Shown: positions 11,597-24,071 of the stretch, in pieces
Layout of the letters: every line of letters begins with the position of its first letter
Position numbering within the stretch: position 1 is the stretch's first letter
NCBI GenBank assembly: GCA_965235115.1
Contig: OZ249436.1
Span: 53,384,001 to 53,448,000 of the forward strand
Direction of reading: 5' to 3'
Origin: Laetmonice hystrix
Lineage: Eukaryota
DNA: 64,000 nt
Program-made: the position numbers and the translations under genes
Notes under the pieces: model-generated
Databases searched by the model: none
What the model was told of the DNA's origin: nothing
The model's input: the letters and a program-made list of their open reading frames with translations, nothing else

Positions 11597-14500
11597 TGTG
11601 CATATTAACCAGGGTATCCTACTCGGCTAACAGCCGCCATTAATGTGGGACCCTGTTGAAAAAATATTTACAACATTAACATAATAAGCGATATAACAAT
11701 ACAATAAAGGAATTAATACATGCAACTATATACATCACATATAATACAACCGAATTCTTCACATACATACAGAATTAATTTCACGAGTAGTTTTCATTTA
11801 AGAACACATTGTTATAATATTTTTTAATTTCATTTTTAAACTCCGTCTTGTCACTCAATGTTCTAATGTGTACGGGTAAATCATTCCATAGTAAAGGTCC
11901 AGTATAACAATTACATTTCTTAAAAAGTTCGCTTTTGGGTCTAGGTACTTGTAATAATATTGCATCATGAGATCTTGTAGAAATATCTAATCTGTCTATA
12001 CTCGCAGAATTATCTTGGATTTGTGAAAAAAGTTGTCTTTTGGAGCATGATTAATCTTCTATATTTACATGGTAATAGGTGGGCATCGTTATGTAGTTCA
12101 ACTGTACTATAAAATCTATCTTTATTCAATGCAATTTTTAATCCATTATTTTGAATAACCTGTAGCTTGTGTTTAAAGTACTCAGTACAAGTTCCATGAA
12201 AAATATTGCCGTATTCTAAATAGGGAAGGATCTTTGATTTAAAAATAGTTAATGCTGTTTTCTTGTCTAGATATCTTCTTAACCTTGCTAATATGTACAC
12301 CTTATGTCCGGCTTTCCTAATACAGCTCTTAATATATTCATTAAACTTTAATTTACTATCTATAATTACTCCAAGATATGAAAATTTCTGAACGCACTCT
12401 AATTCCTCCCCATCAATGTTAACATGGATATCATCGTCATCAGTACCGTTTTTACCAAAGAACATGAATTTAGTTTTATTTAAGCTGCGCTGTAGGCCTA
12501 TATATATTGCTTTAGAAGACATAAATTACAAATACCTGTAATTTTTGTGGAATCCGGTTCACATCTTCCTTTCAAGCACATCTTTCATGACGAATATAAT
12601 ATTATATAACAGCGTTAGCAAAATGAATAAATGATTGAACAGGAGCTCGAAGGCACGCACGCACGCACGCATGCACGAAGGAACAAACGAACAAAAAAAC
12701 AAACCAATAAATAAACAGTGAACCCGAAAAGCAAAATAAAATCAGACTGTACACGAAAAGTCTCGATAAAACTGACTGGTCTATAACATAAAATAACCGA
12801 CCACTACAGTTGGGCCGAACTTTTCCTGCATGGTCGTGGTAGAGCGGGGTGGTCGTGTCACTGGATGTTACATTCGGGATTCCCTCGGGCATATGACGTC
12901 ATATCTGCATATACCCTCGGGTGAAATGGGCGCCATTGGCAACCAGATACATGACGAAATCGACCTGTGTAGCGAGGCACTGAGTGAACCGTCATATCCC
13001 ATCGAGCCAGAAAGTAGTGCATTATTGAAACCTGCTTCTTGGCATCGTGTGTGCAAAAATATATTTTGTGGTATGAAGGGGAACGTTTGAACTGAAAAAA
13101 ATCAATTACCTAATTTACATAAATGGGCGTGATACGGTAATTTATCAAATTATGGGAAGCAATATGGCCGCGCCCATGAACGACAGCACCACGACAGATG
13201 TTATGACTACTTGTATCATGAACATGATACTCTCGTAATATTGCCCACTGACTATGGGGAAAACACTGGAGGCCTATTTTAGTTGCTTCCATGCCTGATG
13301 CAGGCAAAATACTGCAAGCACTGCCATGCTGGCGAGAGTCCCAGCTAAATGTACCCGAGATGCAATGCTCAAAATGGCGCCTATTTCACCCGAGGCTACT
13401 TTCGAAGATATGGCCGAGGATTCCCGAATGTGGATGTTACTATTGGTCTTCTATAGGTCCCTATACATTGGTCCCGAACATTACCACTGCATGAGTTGGG
13501 AGGTATGCGGGCATAATAAAACGTCAAAGGCGGTCATTTTGCATTTTAAGACAATAGCTCGTCCAATATGTATCGAGGTGCAGTTCCAATGTTTCCAACA
13601 CTATAAATATAGATTGTTACAAAGGTTCGTGCAATTATTCTTACCTTTCCCTCGGCACACTTGGTGCCAGACGCAGGACGCCAAAGTCCGCTGAACCTGG
13701 ATCTTCCGTTGGAATCTTTGCAACCCAGGTTCAAACAACGACGCTTCTCCGGCATATTGCTCATTTTCTGTCATGTAAAAAGGCAACTAAACAAAAAATA
13801 TCACATTGCCTGTCCTTAGCCTAAATATTGAACAGGTAGGCCTACACACTGGCGGATCCATGGGGCGCCAGCCCCCCCCTAAATATTTTGGACGATGTTA
13901 TTTTTATCATCCAATTATGATAAGGCCTATGCCTAATAATAAGTGTTTGCCCGATGGTTAGCCTAAAAACATTCTGGATCCGCCCATGGTGTCTATATAG
14001 GTTACAATGATGCCTACTGCCATAATCATAACCGTAATGTTTATGAATACGTTGACTTAATATTCGGAATGTAAACCAAATAAGTGCTGTGAATCTTAAC
14101 ATTCACCAGTAAAGCCCGTTCCGCACGGTTATATTTTCTTGTACCAGAAAATACTACGAAAAATAGTACTATAATTTCTTTGACCGTCATATTTTCTTGT
14201 TACTATAGAAAGTTTAATTACATTTTCCGTCCCACACGATCAAAGATTCCTGTACTATTTTTTTAGTAAGCCTACAAGAATATTATGACCGTGGGGAGCC
14301 GGCTTAACGAATTCGTGCTATGCGTGTAGTTCTATTCTTGGATTTCTTGACGGATACCCTATGTGCCACTTTAATTAATGGAACCATCCCTCCATACCAC
14401 CGTTTATAAAATTAATAAGCCCACCGTGAAGGTCTTGGCGCCCGGACCGGCAAACAATGTGCACTGTTCGTCCAAGGAGTACTTCTTTCCCGGCAGCAGG

Positions 14501-17500
14501 CTGATATCAGTCATTTCTTTACCATGCTTGCATTCGGTGTTATACAGGCATACGCGTGGCATTTCGTCTCTGGCATGGTATGTAAAAACCTTAAGTTAAA
14601 GTCGAGATCTAATAGGGGAAAACGATCCCACATAGATCTAGCGGATCGGGAGGGTGGGGGGTGGGGGGTGGGGGTTAAGGAGGTTCGAGCTCCCCTTTTC
14701 CCCCCATAGAACTTTCTGAATTGACCATGCTGAAGCCCGCTCCCTTGGCAAATTCTACCCCTCCCCCCCTTACCATGGGCACAATCCTCTATCCGCCCCT
14801 GCCTATAGATGAAGAGTGTAGCCCAATCAATGTTACGTTTCAAGGGTTTAGAACATTATCAGAATCAATTCTGTCCACGGAATTGACTTTCGTGCCCAAA
14901 AAAATAAATTTTTGTCTACGAAATGTTATTTCGTCTCCACAATAATCCATTCTGTATACAGAATGGAATTTCGTCTCCATCATATCCATTTTGTGTACTA
15001 AACGCCATTGAGACGAAAGTGAATTTCGTTGACGGAGTTGATTATTGCGTAGACAAAATGTCATACTGTATACGAAATGAATATTAGGTCTACGAAATTA
15101 TAATTTCGTTTACGAAAAAGAATTTCGTGTACGAAATTATAATTTCGTTTAGGCATACGAAAAAGAATTTCGTGTACGAAATTATAATTTCGTTTACGAA
15201 AAAGAATTCTGTGTACGAAATTATAATTTCGTTTCCGAAAAAGAATTCCGTGTACGAAATCATAAAGGTAACACTTGGCACCTCGGGACTGCATGGGATT
15301 GGATTGGAGTTTTGCATGTCAGTAACAGTTAGGGTTATCTATACCGAGGCTGTCAATTAGATTGATTAAGGAAACCGATGTTAAAAGAAAATTGTTGAAA
15401 ATTGACCTCGTAAACCCCCTTGTATGTAAAGCGGTCGTTTAGTTACGGTTACATACGCTGATCCTTCCAGTGTTTTCTTCATCTGCTGAATGGAGCAGTC
15501 AGAAAATTCAAAAGAATTTTTGAGGTTGTCCAGGTTCAGCCCTCCAGCAACGGGCGACATGATATACTGGGAGGTACCACTGCATCCGTTGCTTCCGTCA
15601 TGAGCCATTCCAAGGCTAAAATAAACCGAACTCATAATATATATGCGGGTAGGGGACTCAGTAATTTCAACTGGGGGACCTTCCCCAATATAGACCTTTT
15701 ATTTCTTACCCTTTTGTGGCAATGAACTCTTGCTCGAGTTAACTGAAATAGGCCTACTAATTAAAGCGGGACCCTCACAGACATTCATAGGCATAAATTA
15801 CATTTTCCGCCACTAATATAGTTGGCTACTCCCAGGATTACATTTTGGTTCCAGGATTACATTTTGGTACCCTTACCATCACCTATATTTTAATATAGGC
15901 CCATTCATGAGGGCCCGGTTAAGGTCCAGCTTAGAAACGGTTTCGAAGAAAGGATGGCCCGCTGTGTATAAAGTTCCTAAAAAAATGGCCCCTAAACTGA
16001 AAGTCTACGTCTACGTAGTCTACGTCTATGCTCATAGTTAACGTCCCATCACCCCGTATAACGTCTACAATCAAATCAGTCCGCGTGAAACACGCATCCC
16101 ATACGGATATGGCTGGCATCCCCCCCCCCCCCCCGAATGACACCGGCAGATATAGGCCTATAATATAAAAAAAACTAACACCTCTGAAGCGCAAACCCTT
16201 ACTTGTGCCCCAGTTCGTGAGCAGATGTGGTCCAGGAGTGGAAGCCCGAGTCCTCACTGACGGAAACGTCGTAAATAGGACGACAGACACCTGACACGTA
16301 GGCTAGACCTGACAAGAGAGAATCAAATACGAACCTCAATTTCAATCCTTAAGCCCCAGTCCCACCAAAGCCGATTGTACGACGTTCTATGCCGTTCTAT
16401 CAAGATCTGAAATTTAGCTTAAGTCGTGATGAATCGTGATGAAGTCATGACAACCCGAAGACCTAGCTACGAATCTATCAAGATCCCGGCCCGATGTATG
16501 GCGACTTAGCCTATATACCAAGATTGACAAACGACATAGCAACGTCAGGTCTAGATCAGGGCTAAAGCCCCAGTCCCACCAAAGCCGAAAATAGGTACGA
16601 CGTGTCACGATCTGATAAATCGTTTAGAATCGGGAAAGGTCCTAACTCGGTCCTAGAGTAATCTTGATAGATCCTCATAGGTCGGGATAGGCCACGGTTG
16701 CACCCCGACAATTTTAAACTGTTCAAAACAATCGGCATTGGTCGGGAAAAAGCTCAAATCGGGGATAGGCCTATACCGTAGGCCCCTACGTCAAACGTTG
16801 GTCAGTCGGGAATAGTCGGCGGACAATTGGAATAGGCCTAGTTCGTTGTTCAGTCCTGGTTGATCGTAGGAATTCGTAGGTGAATCGCATAAATTCGGCA
16901 TATTTTTAACTCTACGATAGATCTAGCCCTGACGTCATCGGGACAGGTCGTAGCTCGGCTGGGGCTTAGACGGCATAGAACGTTGCTACATCGTTGGTCA
17001 ATCTTCGTATAGATCGCCATACATCGGGCCGCGGTTCTTGATAGGACGTATAACTCAATCTGCATAGGTCGGCAGAGAACGTTGCTAAGTCGTTTCTCGG
17101 ACGGGAAGGTCGGGGTGATGTCGGGATAGAACATATGATAGCACGCAGCGTGGTCGTTGAGAAATCTTTGGAATACCGTTGTCCAATCGGCGTTGAACGT
17201 GACAATTCGTAGCTAGGTCTTCGGGTTGTCATTATTTCATCACGATTCATCTTGATTTAAAATAACTTTCAGATCTTGATAGAACGGCATGGAACGTAGT
17301 ACAATGGGACTGGGGCTTAATTTTCTGTCCCACGATAAACCAGGGCTGAACAAAGAACTATCCCGATTGTTCCCCGACCATTCCCAACTGAGCAACGTTT
17401 GACCTACGATATAGCCCCGATTTGAGCTTTTCCCCCGACCAATGCCGATTGTTTTGAACAATTCAAAATTTCGGGGTGCAATCGTGGCCTATTCCGACCT

Positions 17501-20500
17501 ATGAGGATCTATCAAGATTACTCTACGACCGAGTTAGGACCTTTCACGATTCTACACGAGTTATCGGATCGTGCATGACACGTCGTAGCTAATTCGGCTT
17601 TGGTGGGACTGGGGCCTAAATCAACCAACCACCATACAATGCTAGTCCGGCAGCTGTGAGGCTATACCCCGACTTCTCTGATATAGTTTTTTTCTCTGCA
17701 GATTATTTATCACTGGTGGGTGTATAAATTTCCAGGTAGGTGTGAAGCTCTCACCCTCGGGAATTACGAAAAGTCCAAGAAGGCCGCCAAGATGGCCGAT
17801 AAAATTGAAAAAAAAATCCCATGACTTCTTAAAGTCCAACTGACATCAAAATTTATATAAAATTTAGTGCCAGATCCTGATAATACATGTAATTTGTTGT
17901 TGTTTAACTTAAAGGAGCGGTTATTGTACAAGAATATGAACTGTGTGTAAGCCGTTTTAAAGACCAATTCCCCTGCTGACGTCATCAGGGGCAATGGTAA
18001 AGAATAGGCAGGAGTCAGACTGTGATGAGGCGCGAGATTCGAATTTTCAATATTTTTTTAAATTGAGAGGACTTCTCAGAAAACCTATCAGGGATACGGG
18101 TACAACTCAAAGTGATCTATCTAGATCAGTAAAGTTACCTATGTGATGTCAGTTGCACTTTAACCAATTCACGTAGGAAGATAATTTTGGAGTCTAGATA
18201 TAGGTTTTTGAGTACGAGGAATCTAATTGGAGAAAGAAAAATTAAGATTGAAACACATCTTTATCAAATAAATCCAAGATGGCCGATAATTTTGAAAAAG
18301 GTATTTTGGTGGGTAGATCTATTGCAAAATAAATGCCAAAAGTCGCCAAATCTGATTTCAGTCCCTGAAAATGCACACGGTTATGCAAAATGATCTGTGC
18401 AAATTAGTACATGTCTAGTTCTTCTGTCAGTATTTGCAATATTGTCAGCAGGTGAGCATAAATCTAAAGATTCTGGTCGATCCGGTGGATGAGACCATCC
18501 TTTTAATATGTTTCCCTCTGCATTGTTTCAGGCCTTTGCCAGAATGACACTACATGTAAAGTCCTTTCAGAATCTTCTAAGCATAGGGGTATAGGAAACT
18601 TACCTATGGTACCGCTGCCAAACAGGTTCATTCTGAAAGGCATTGGCACAGGGTTATAAACATATCGGGGCTGACGATAAGAGTCCAGTATCATTGATAT
18701 AGCGGTTCAGAATTATTCTAAACATGAAGCCTGACTATAGACATTGGGAACGGTATAAGTTATGTTCCCGAATAATAATTATGTTCTAAAGCTCCGGAAA
18801 AAAAACTGCCTTCCCCAATCGTATATGTTTGCCAATTTAATTTTTTATCTGCTTCATCAGATTATGGGCTATTAAATATTTTATAGCGCGTCCATCAAAT
18901 TGTGAACTTGTCTTAGTTAGTGTACCTACTTGCATGCAAGTGCATGTACCTACTTGGTCCAGACCATAGCGTGGTCGGGGTATTTCCATGTGTAATTCCT
19001 CTCATGAAGCCATTTACCGGCTTCTCTCAACACACTATTACCGTTGATGGCATAGCGCTGATATCCGGTTTCTCCCTTCACCATACCCGTTTTGCTCTTT
19101 ACCGTCCAAGGCGACGTAGCTTCACTCTATAGGTGAGGGACAACGGATTTACTTTTTTTATAACTCAGATAATGCTGCAATTTATCTATACGCAAAAGGT
19201 TAAGGTAATTCTACTTCTTTTAATTTGGCTCGAGGTATCCTGGTAGTTGTATTTTTCTTTTGAAATGCACGGGCATCAGGGGTAACCCAATTACTTTGAC
19301 AATGTCCCTAAAGAGAAAAGTTGTATAGTCTTCTACAGGAATCGAACCCCGGCCCTAAGATTACTGCACCCATTCGCATAGCATAAGGTGTCGACATCCA
19401 TGCCCACTAGGCCACCGCCACTCCCCTAAAAAAGGAGCTTTGGTGGTCGAGCAGGACAATGGACCCTCCCCCCTACACACATCTTTTTTAAATGAGACGG
19501 AATCCATATTTTCCTAGTTAGAGCTACACATGATTTCTACCGAACATTGACTATTAAGGTAATCCTGGCACTGGCGTAGACTGTATTTTTCTTTTGAAAT
19601 GCACGGGCATCAGGGGTAACCCAATTACTTTGACAATGTCCCTAAAGAGAAAAGTTGTATAGTCCTCTACAGGAATCGAACCCCGGCCCTAAGATTACTG
19701 CACCCATTCGCATAGCATAAGGTGTCGACATCCATGCCCACTAGGCCACCGCCACTCCCCTAAAAAAGGAGCTTTGGTGGTCGAGCAGGACAATGGACCC
19801 TCCCCCCTACACACATCTTTTTTAAATGAGACGGAATCCATATTTTCCTAGTTAGAGCTACACATGATTTCTACCGAACATTGACTATTAAGGTAATCCT
19901 GGCACTGGCGTAGACTGTATTTTTCTTTTGAAATGCACGGGCATCAGGGGTAACCCAATTACTTTGACAATGTCCCTAAAGAGAAAAGTTGTATAGTCCT
20001 CTACAGGAATCGAACCCCGGCCCTAAGATTACTGCACCCATTCGCATAGCATAAGGTGTCGACATCCATGCCCACTAGGCCACCGCCACTCCCCTAAAAA
20101 AGGAGCTTTGGTGGTCGAGCAGGACAATGGACCCTCCCCCCTACACACATCTTTTTTAAATGAGACGGAATCCATATTTTCCTAGTTAGAGCTACACATG
20201 ATTTCTACCGAACATTGACTATTAAGGTAATCCTGGCACTGGCGTAGACTGTATTTTTCTTTTGAAATGCACGGGCATCAGGGGTAACCCAATTACTTTG
20301 ACAATGTCCCTAAAGAGAAAAGTTGTATAGTCCTCTACAGGAATCGAACCATAGGCGCCAGAAGCGGGGGGGCAGGGGGGGCGACCGCCCCCTCAATAAT
20401 CTGGTTGGGGGGGCATTGCCCCCCCAATAATCTGTGATCATGAATTAAAAAAGCAGGTTTTTCCACATACAGTAGGCCTGTTGAAACCATGACTTGGGTG

Positions 20501-23500
20501 CCTCAAAGACTGGGTCGATTGTCCTATACATTGTAACCTATTCATTCACGCCTTCAAAACATAAAAAAAAATCCTGCCTCAAAATGGTGTAGAAAAGCGT
20601 TTTAAGGTGTGTAGTTTTCAAAATTTTCTCGGGGAGGGCCTCCGACCTAACAATGTTGTAGCCTATGACTTTCGCTTCAGCTCTCTTGCCCCCCCAATAA
20701 TAATTTGCTTCCGGCGCCCCTGAATCGAACCCCGGCCCTAAGATTACTGCACCCATTCGCATAGCATAAGGTGTCGACATCCATGCCCACTAGGCCACCG
20801 CCACTCCCCTAAAAAAGGAGCTTTGGTAGTCGAGCAGGACAATGGACCCTCCCCCCTACACACATCTTTTTTAAATGAGACGGAATCCATATTTTCCTAA
20901 TTAAGTGTAGGAGTTTGTGAGGAGGGACGTTGGTGTTACGCGGTGTCAGCAACTCAGGCAAGAATATTGGGATAGGTTCTTGACTCAGGGCTGAACGCCA
21001 GCCGTCCGCATCTGTACAGTGTTATTGATGGCGGGAGTACATTAAAAAGTGTACACCTGGACACGGCAGCTAAAATGTGACATATATACGAATGTACTGC
21101 ATTATATATATTGTCTGTATACTGATTCTACGGCCAACCATGTGGAGATGCATGATGTTCGGTAGTTCTTCGGGCGAATTGAATAATGTGAACTAACCGT
21201 AGAAATGCACAACTCGACCAGCCATATCCGCACTTGAAATCATTGAATAATGTGGATATACCGTAGAAATGTGCATCTCGACCAGCCATATTCGGACTTG
21301 AAATCATTGAATAATGTGGACATACCGTAGAAATGTACATCTCGACCAACCATATTCGGACTTGAAATCATTGAATAATGTGGACATACCGTAGAAATGT
21401 CTCGACCAGCCATATTCGGACTTGAAATCATTGAATAATGTGGACATACCGTAGAAATGTACATCTCGGCCAGCCATATCCGGACTTGTATTCCATGCTT
21501 TTCGGCGTTTATCCTCCCGTATGCCATGTCCATCTGAAACATGAAAAATATATTGGCCTAATATTATTTATAAAGAAATAAATAAACAAAGAAACAAAGA
21601 AACAAAAGAGAAAGTAAAGAGAAAGAAATAAGTAAATTTTATAAACATTTTAGGTATTGCGTCTTATTGAAATGACGAAAGTGAATGTTTCAAAGACAAA
21701 TTTATACAGGCCTATACTCACGCCATTAACTATATGCGAATAGTAGTATTTCAGCTTGGCTGACGCCTCTTTGTCAGACTTTGAGGACTTTAGAAACCTT
21801 TAATAAAGAAGTAATAAGGTTCTAAGCACTCTTATACACGAATCATTCATAGCACATTTAGCTCTACTTATTCCTCATTCTCCAACACGGTACATTGTAT
21901 GACGAAATGGTAATTTATCCACTGAATCAAATTTTAATCAAACGGAAGGCATCAATGAAACGCTTACCATCTCCAAATCGTGAAGTCCATGAGGAAGAAC
22001 ATCTCCACGTGGTACGTTTTGGGGTACTTGTTGGGGCCTCCTCTGGTCGATATGTTCTTTCCATCTTCCGGGTAAGGACTGTAGTCGGCCGCACGACGAC
22101 TGTGTGGGGGGTCTATGGTCACGATTTGCTCTTGGCCATCCTTGTCAGTAACCTGGACGCTCATCCTTTCGTCCGGATATACTAACACTGGAAAGTTTGA
22201 TCAAATCCAACGGCCAATGCTCAGATTGAACGGAAACACCCAGATATTATAGCAACGGAAACACCCAGATATTATAGCAATTTTGATTAAGTCGTTTCAT
22301 AAAAAGTTAGTATTCTATCTGACTAAAACTTTTTTTGATTGGTTAAACATAATGGGTCATAATGGAACGCGTGTATAAATGTGTACATGCATGGAGGTAC
22401 GCGTTCAAATATATTGAAAATTGCATTGTAAATTATCACCCGAAAAACTTTGAATAAGAGAGAGATGTAAAGGAAATATAATACTTACTGTCTTGTTTGG
22501 GCGCAATGTAACTCCCCAAACTACGTAGTATGTGTACGTGACCATCTACAGCATCTAAGCCGACAGAATTCGAGTGCTGTTCTTTCTCATGGGATGAAGC
22601 CTCGTGTAGCTCGTATCTTTCGCCGTCGTGTTGAAATGTACCTTCCTAAGAATTGTTAAAAAATATTTGTTTCAACATAGCTGATGTTGTAAAATGTATG
22701 ACCAAATGCCTTTGCATTTTCTGACGGCCCCATTAAAACAATTAGGAAAGAGTAGCCTACAACTAAACATACTTATAATATCTTGTCCATGAAAAAGGCC
22801 GTCATTTTATTTAAGAATGAAGAACGTACGTAGGTCCGAACAACATCCCCCTCATCATCTTCTGTGGCTCTGACTGCAATGACCGCATGTTTCTTCACAT
22901 CCTGATAGTAAGCTACGTCCTGAAACACAAAGGAATGTATATGGAGGTGGGTTGAATTATTTCAGTCCGATACACGACCAAAAAACAATCATAATCTAAG
23001 ATACAAGAGCCAACTCCAAAAGAAGCGAGACGCATTAATTTTCTACTATATTATCGTTTTGTATTATGCTCATACATCCGTTGATTTCCTTCTCTCAGTA
23101 AGAGGAGCTGTAACAGTAGCCTAATGTACACGAATATTATGAACGTATTCATCTTTACATTTATGCGGAAAATGGACAGTTTAATCTATACAAGCATCGA
23201 TACCACTGAGGTAATGTTCACTATTCCTTTGTGGCGACGGAAACAACATCAATTGCTCCTACAAAGAGATTTCGTTTGTATACCTACATTCAGTTCTGGT
23301 GTGGGCATTAAGTTCAGCTCTTCCTTGTCGAATGTCATACGGACATCAGGATTCATACGTGTGTTTTCAATCAACTCCAGTGAAGTTAAGAGTCCCTGTT
23401 TCCCGTGCACTTCGACATGCAGACTGTGAGGGGAAAATTCTGAGGGCGATTCCATGGACGCAGATCTTGTCCTTAGCTTGACCGCCTCTCGCTCATCTGA

Positions 23501-24012
23501 AGACAATCATCATAATCAGGATGTTGTATCATGATGCAACATTTGATGTTACGGTCGACAGGTCTATAGATTATAGATTATAGATTATAGATTCGAAACC
23601 TGTCAAATAAGAACGGCTCATCTGGTTCCGGCGATCTTCGTATCGTTCTTCTTCAATAAACTTTTTTTCTAGTCATATCAATTGTTTGGATGTTGTGCCG
23701 GAATGTGTTTTTCTGGACCACCCTGTATAGATAGTGCGGTTGATCTGACCTTTTACGTTGAGGGTTGGAAAGCAGCCACCGTATCCTATGAAACCGACCA
23801 GAACAATCAACAGAAGCCTGTAGGGAAGAGATGGTCACAATCATGTTAACATGAATCATTCATTCTAAACATTTGGCATTTCACAACACCCGTCTATTAT
23901 GTAATTATTAACTACACGTACCTATATACTTTTTTTGACAAAATTAGATTAAGTGCTCCAAGGTTTCCTAGCCGGAACGTTGGAGCTAAAGCACTTACTT
24001 TGGAAACGCCAT
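8994..24012 (-). CDS. Secreted M12B (reprolysin) ADAMTS-like zinc metalloprotease, about 721 aa, 19 exons, with two C-terminal PLAC/ShK-like six-Cys modules
   Basis: Exons 24012-23999, 23817-23750, 23496-23288, 22919-22830, 22645-22489, 22187-21968, 21797-21722, 21533-21450, 19126-18954, 18632-18604, 16308-16203, 15615-15457, 14569-14425, 13767-13645, 12581-12536, 11437-11387, 10130-9948, 9432-9352, 9145-8994. All are GT-AG and sum to an open 2166 nt. Motifs: signal peptide MAFPKLLLIVLVGFIGYGGC, DHAMVWT, GLAYVSGVC, zinc motif HELGHNLGMAHD, Met-turn YIMSP, disintegrin-like LPGKKYSLDEQC...GTKCAEGKMCLKGRC, CCKSC and CCASC. Confidence 0.93.
10582..10971. mobile_element. Partial copy of the Kolobok-like MITE found complete at 25836-26361
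   Basis: Colinear high similarity to the 25862-26361 segment, ending CATAATATGCCCCT|TTAA. Confidence 0.85.
11566..12483 (-). mobile_element. 5'-truncated non-LTR retrotransposon (CR1/L2-group LINE): ORF2 3' end, 3' UTR and poly(A)
   Basis: ORF 12010-12522 has NKTKFM, VQKFSYLGVIIDSKLKF and ILPYLEYG. It continues in another frame as TRSH...GPLLWNDLP. Poly-T of about 29 nt at 11566-11594; hairpin CAGGGTATCC...GGGACCCTG next to the tail. Confidence 0.9.
14113..14304. mobile_element. PIF/Harbinger-like MITE
   Basis: TAA|AGCCCGTTCCGCACGGT ... ACCGTGGGGAGCCGGCT|TAA: imperfect TIR with 3-bp TAA duplication. Confidence 0.65.
15088..15262. repeat. Minisatellite, about 39-45 bp unit, about 4 copies
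   Basis: Repeats of TACGAAATTATAATTTCGTTTACGAAAAAGAATT, containing the palindrome CGAAATTATAATTTCG. Confidence 0.85.
16352..17616. mobile_element. Harbinger-like MITE with a same-family copy (16566-17297) nested in opposite orientation
   Basis: The TIR core GCCCCAGTCCCA occurs four times (at 16353 and 16567; reversed ending near 17296 and 17615). The inner copy is flanked by TAA/TAA. The arms match in reverse complement. Confidence 0.8.
19248..20899 (-). repeat. Tandem array of 4 near-identical 334-bp units, each with a tRNA-derived (SINE-like) segment
   Basis: GAAATGCACGGG recurs at 19262, 19596, 19930 and 20264. The minus strand of each unit has A box TGGCCTAGTGG (19414-19404) and B box GGTTCGATTCC (19348-19338). 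The acceptor stem does not pair. Confidence 0.9.
20350..20722. mobile_element. hAT-type MITE inserted in the B box of one array unit
   Basis: TIR CATAGGCGCCAGAAGC / GCTTCCGGCGCCCCTG; perfect 8-bp TSD AATCGAAC (20342-20349, 20723-20730). The other units show the empty site. Confidence 0.93.
21179..21488. repeat. About 64-bp tandem repeat (5 copies) made from an exon end plus its splice donor
   Basis: TTGAATAATG recurs at 21179, 21243, 21307, 21371 and 21431; the last copy overlaps exon 21533-21450. Confidence 0.9.
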
Positions 24013-24063
24013 TTCTGCTGCCTTAGAGGACGACAGATGGACAGTTACGAGTTTCACGATAGT

Positions 24064-24071
24064 CTTTTATA
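24064..24071 (-). promoter_or_regulatory. TATA box of the metalloprotease gene
   Basis: TATAAAAG on the minus strand about 52 nt upstream of the ATG at 24012. Confidence 0.55.

Noticed and set aside
15061..15360. Repetitive ORFs on both strands
   Set aside because: They are products of the palindromic minisatellite.
18954..19126. Possible pseudogenisation of the TE-laden metalloprotease gene
   Set aside because: All 19 exons join into one open frame with intact catalytic motifs.
19330..19425. Functional tRNA genes in the 334-bp array
   Set aside because: A and B boxes are present, but the acceptor stem and outer T stem do not pair, so the sequence is tRNA-derived only.
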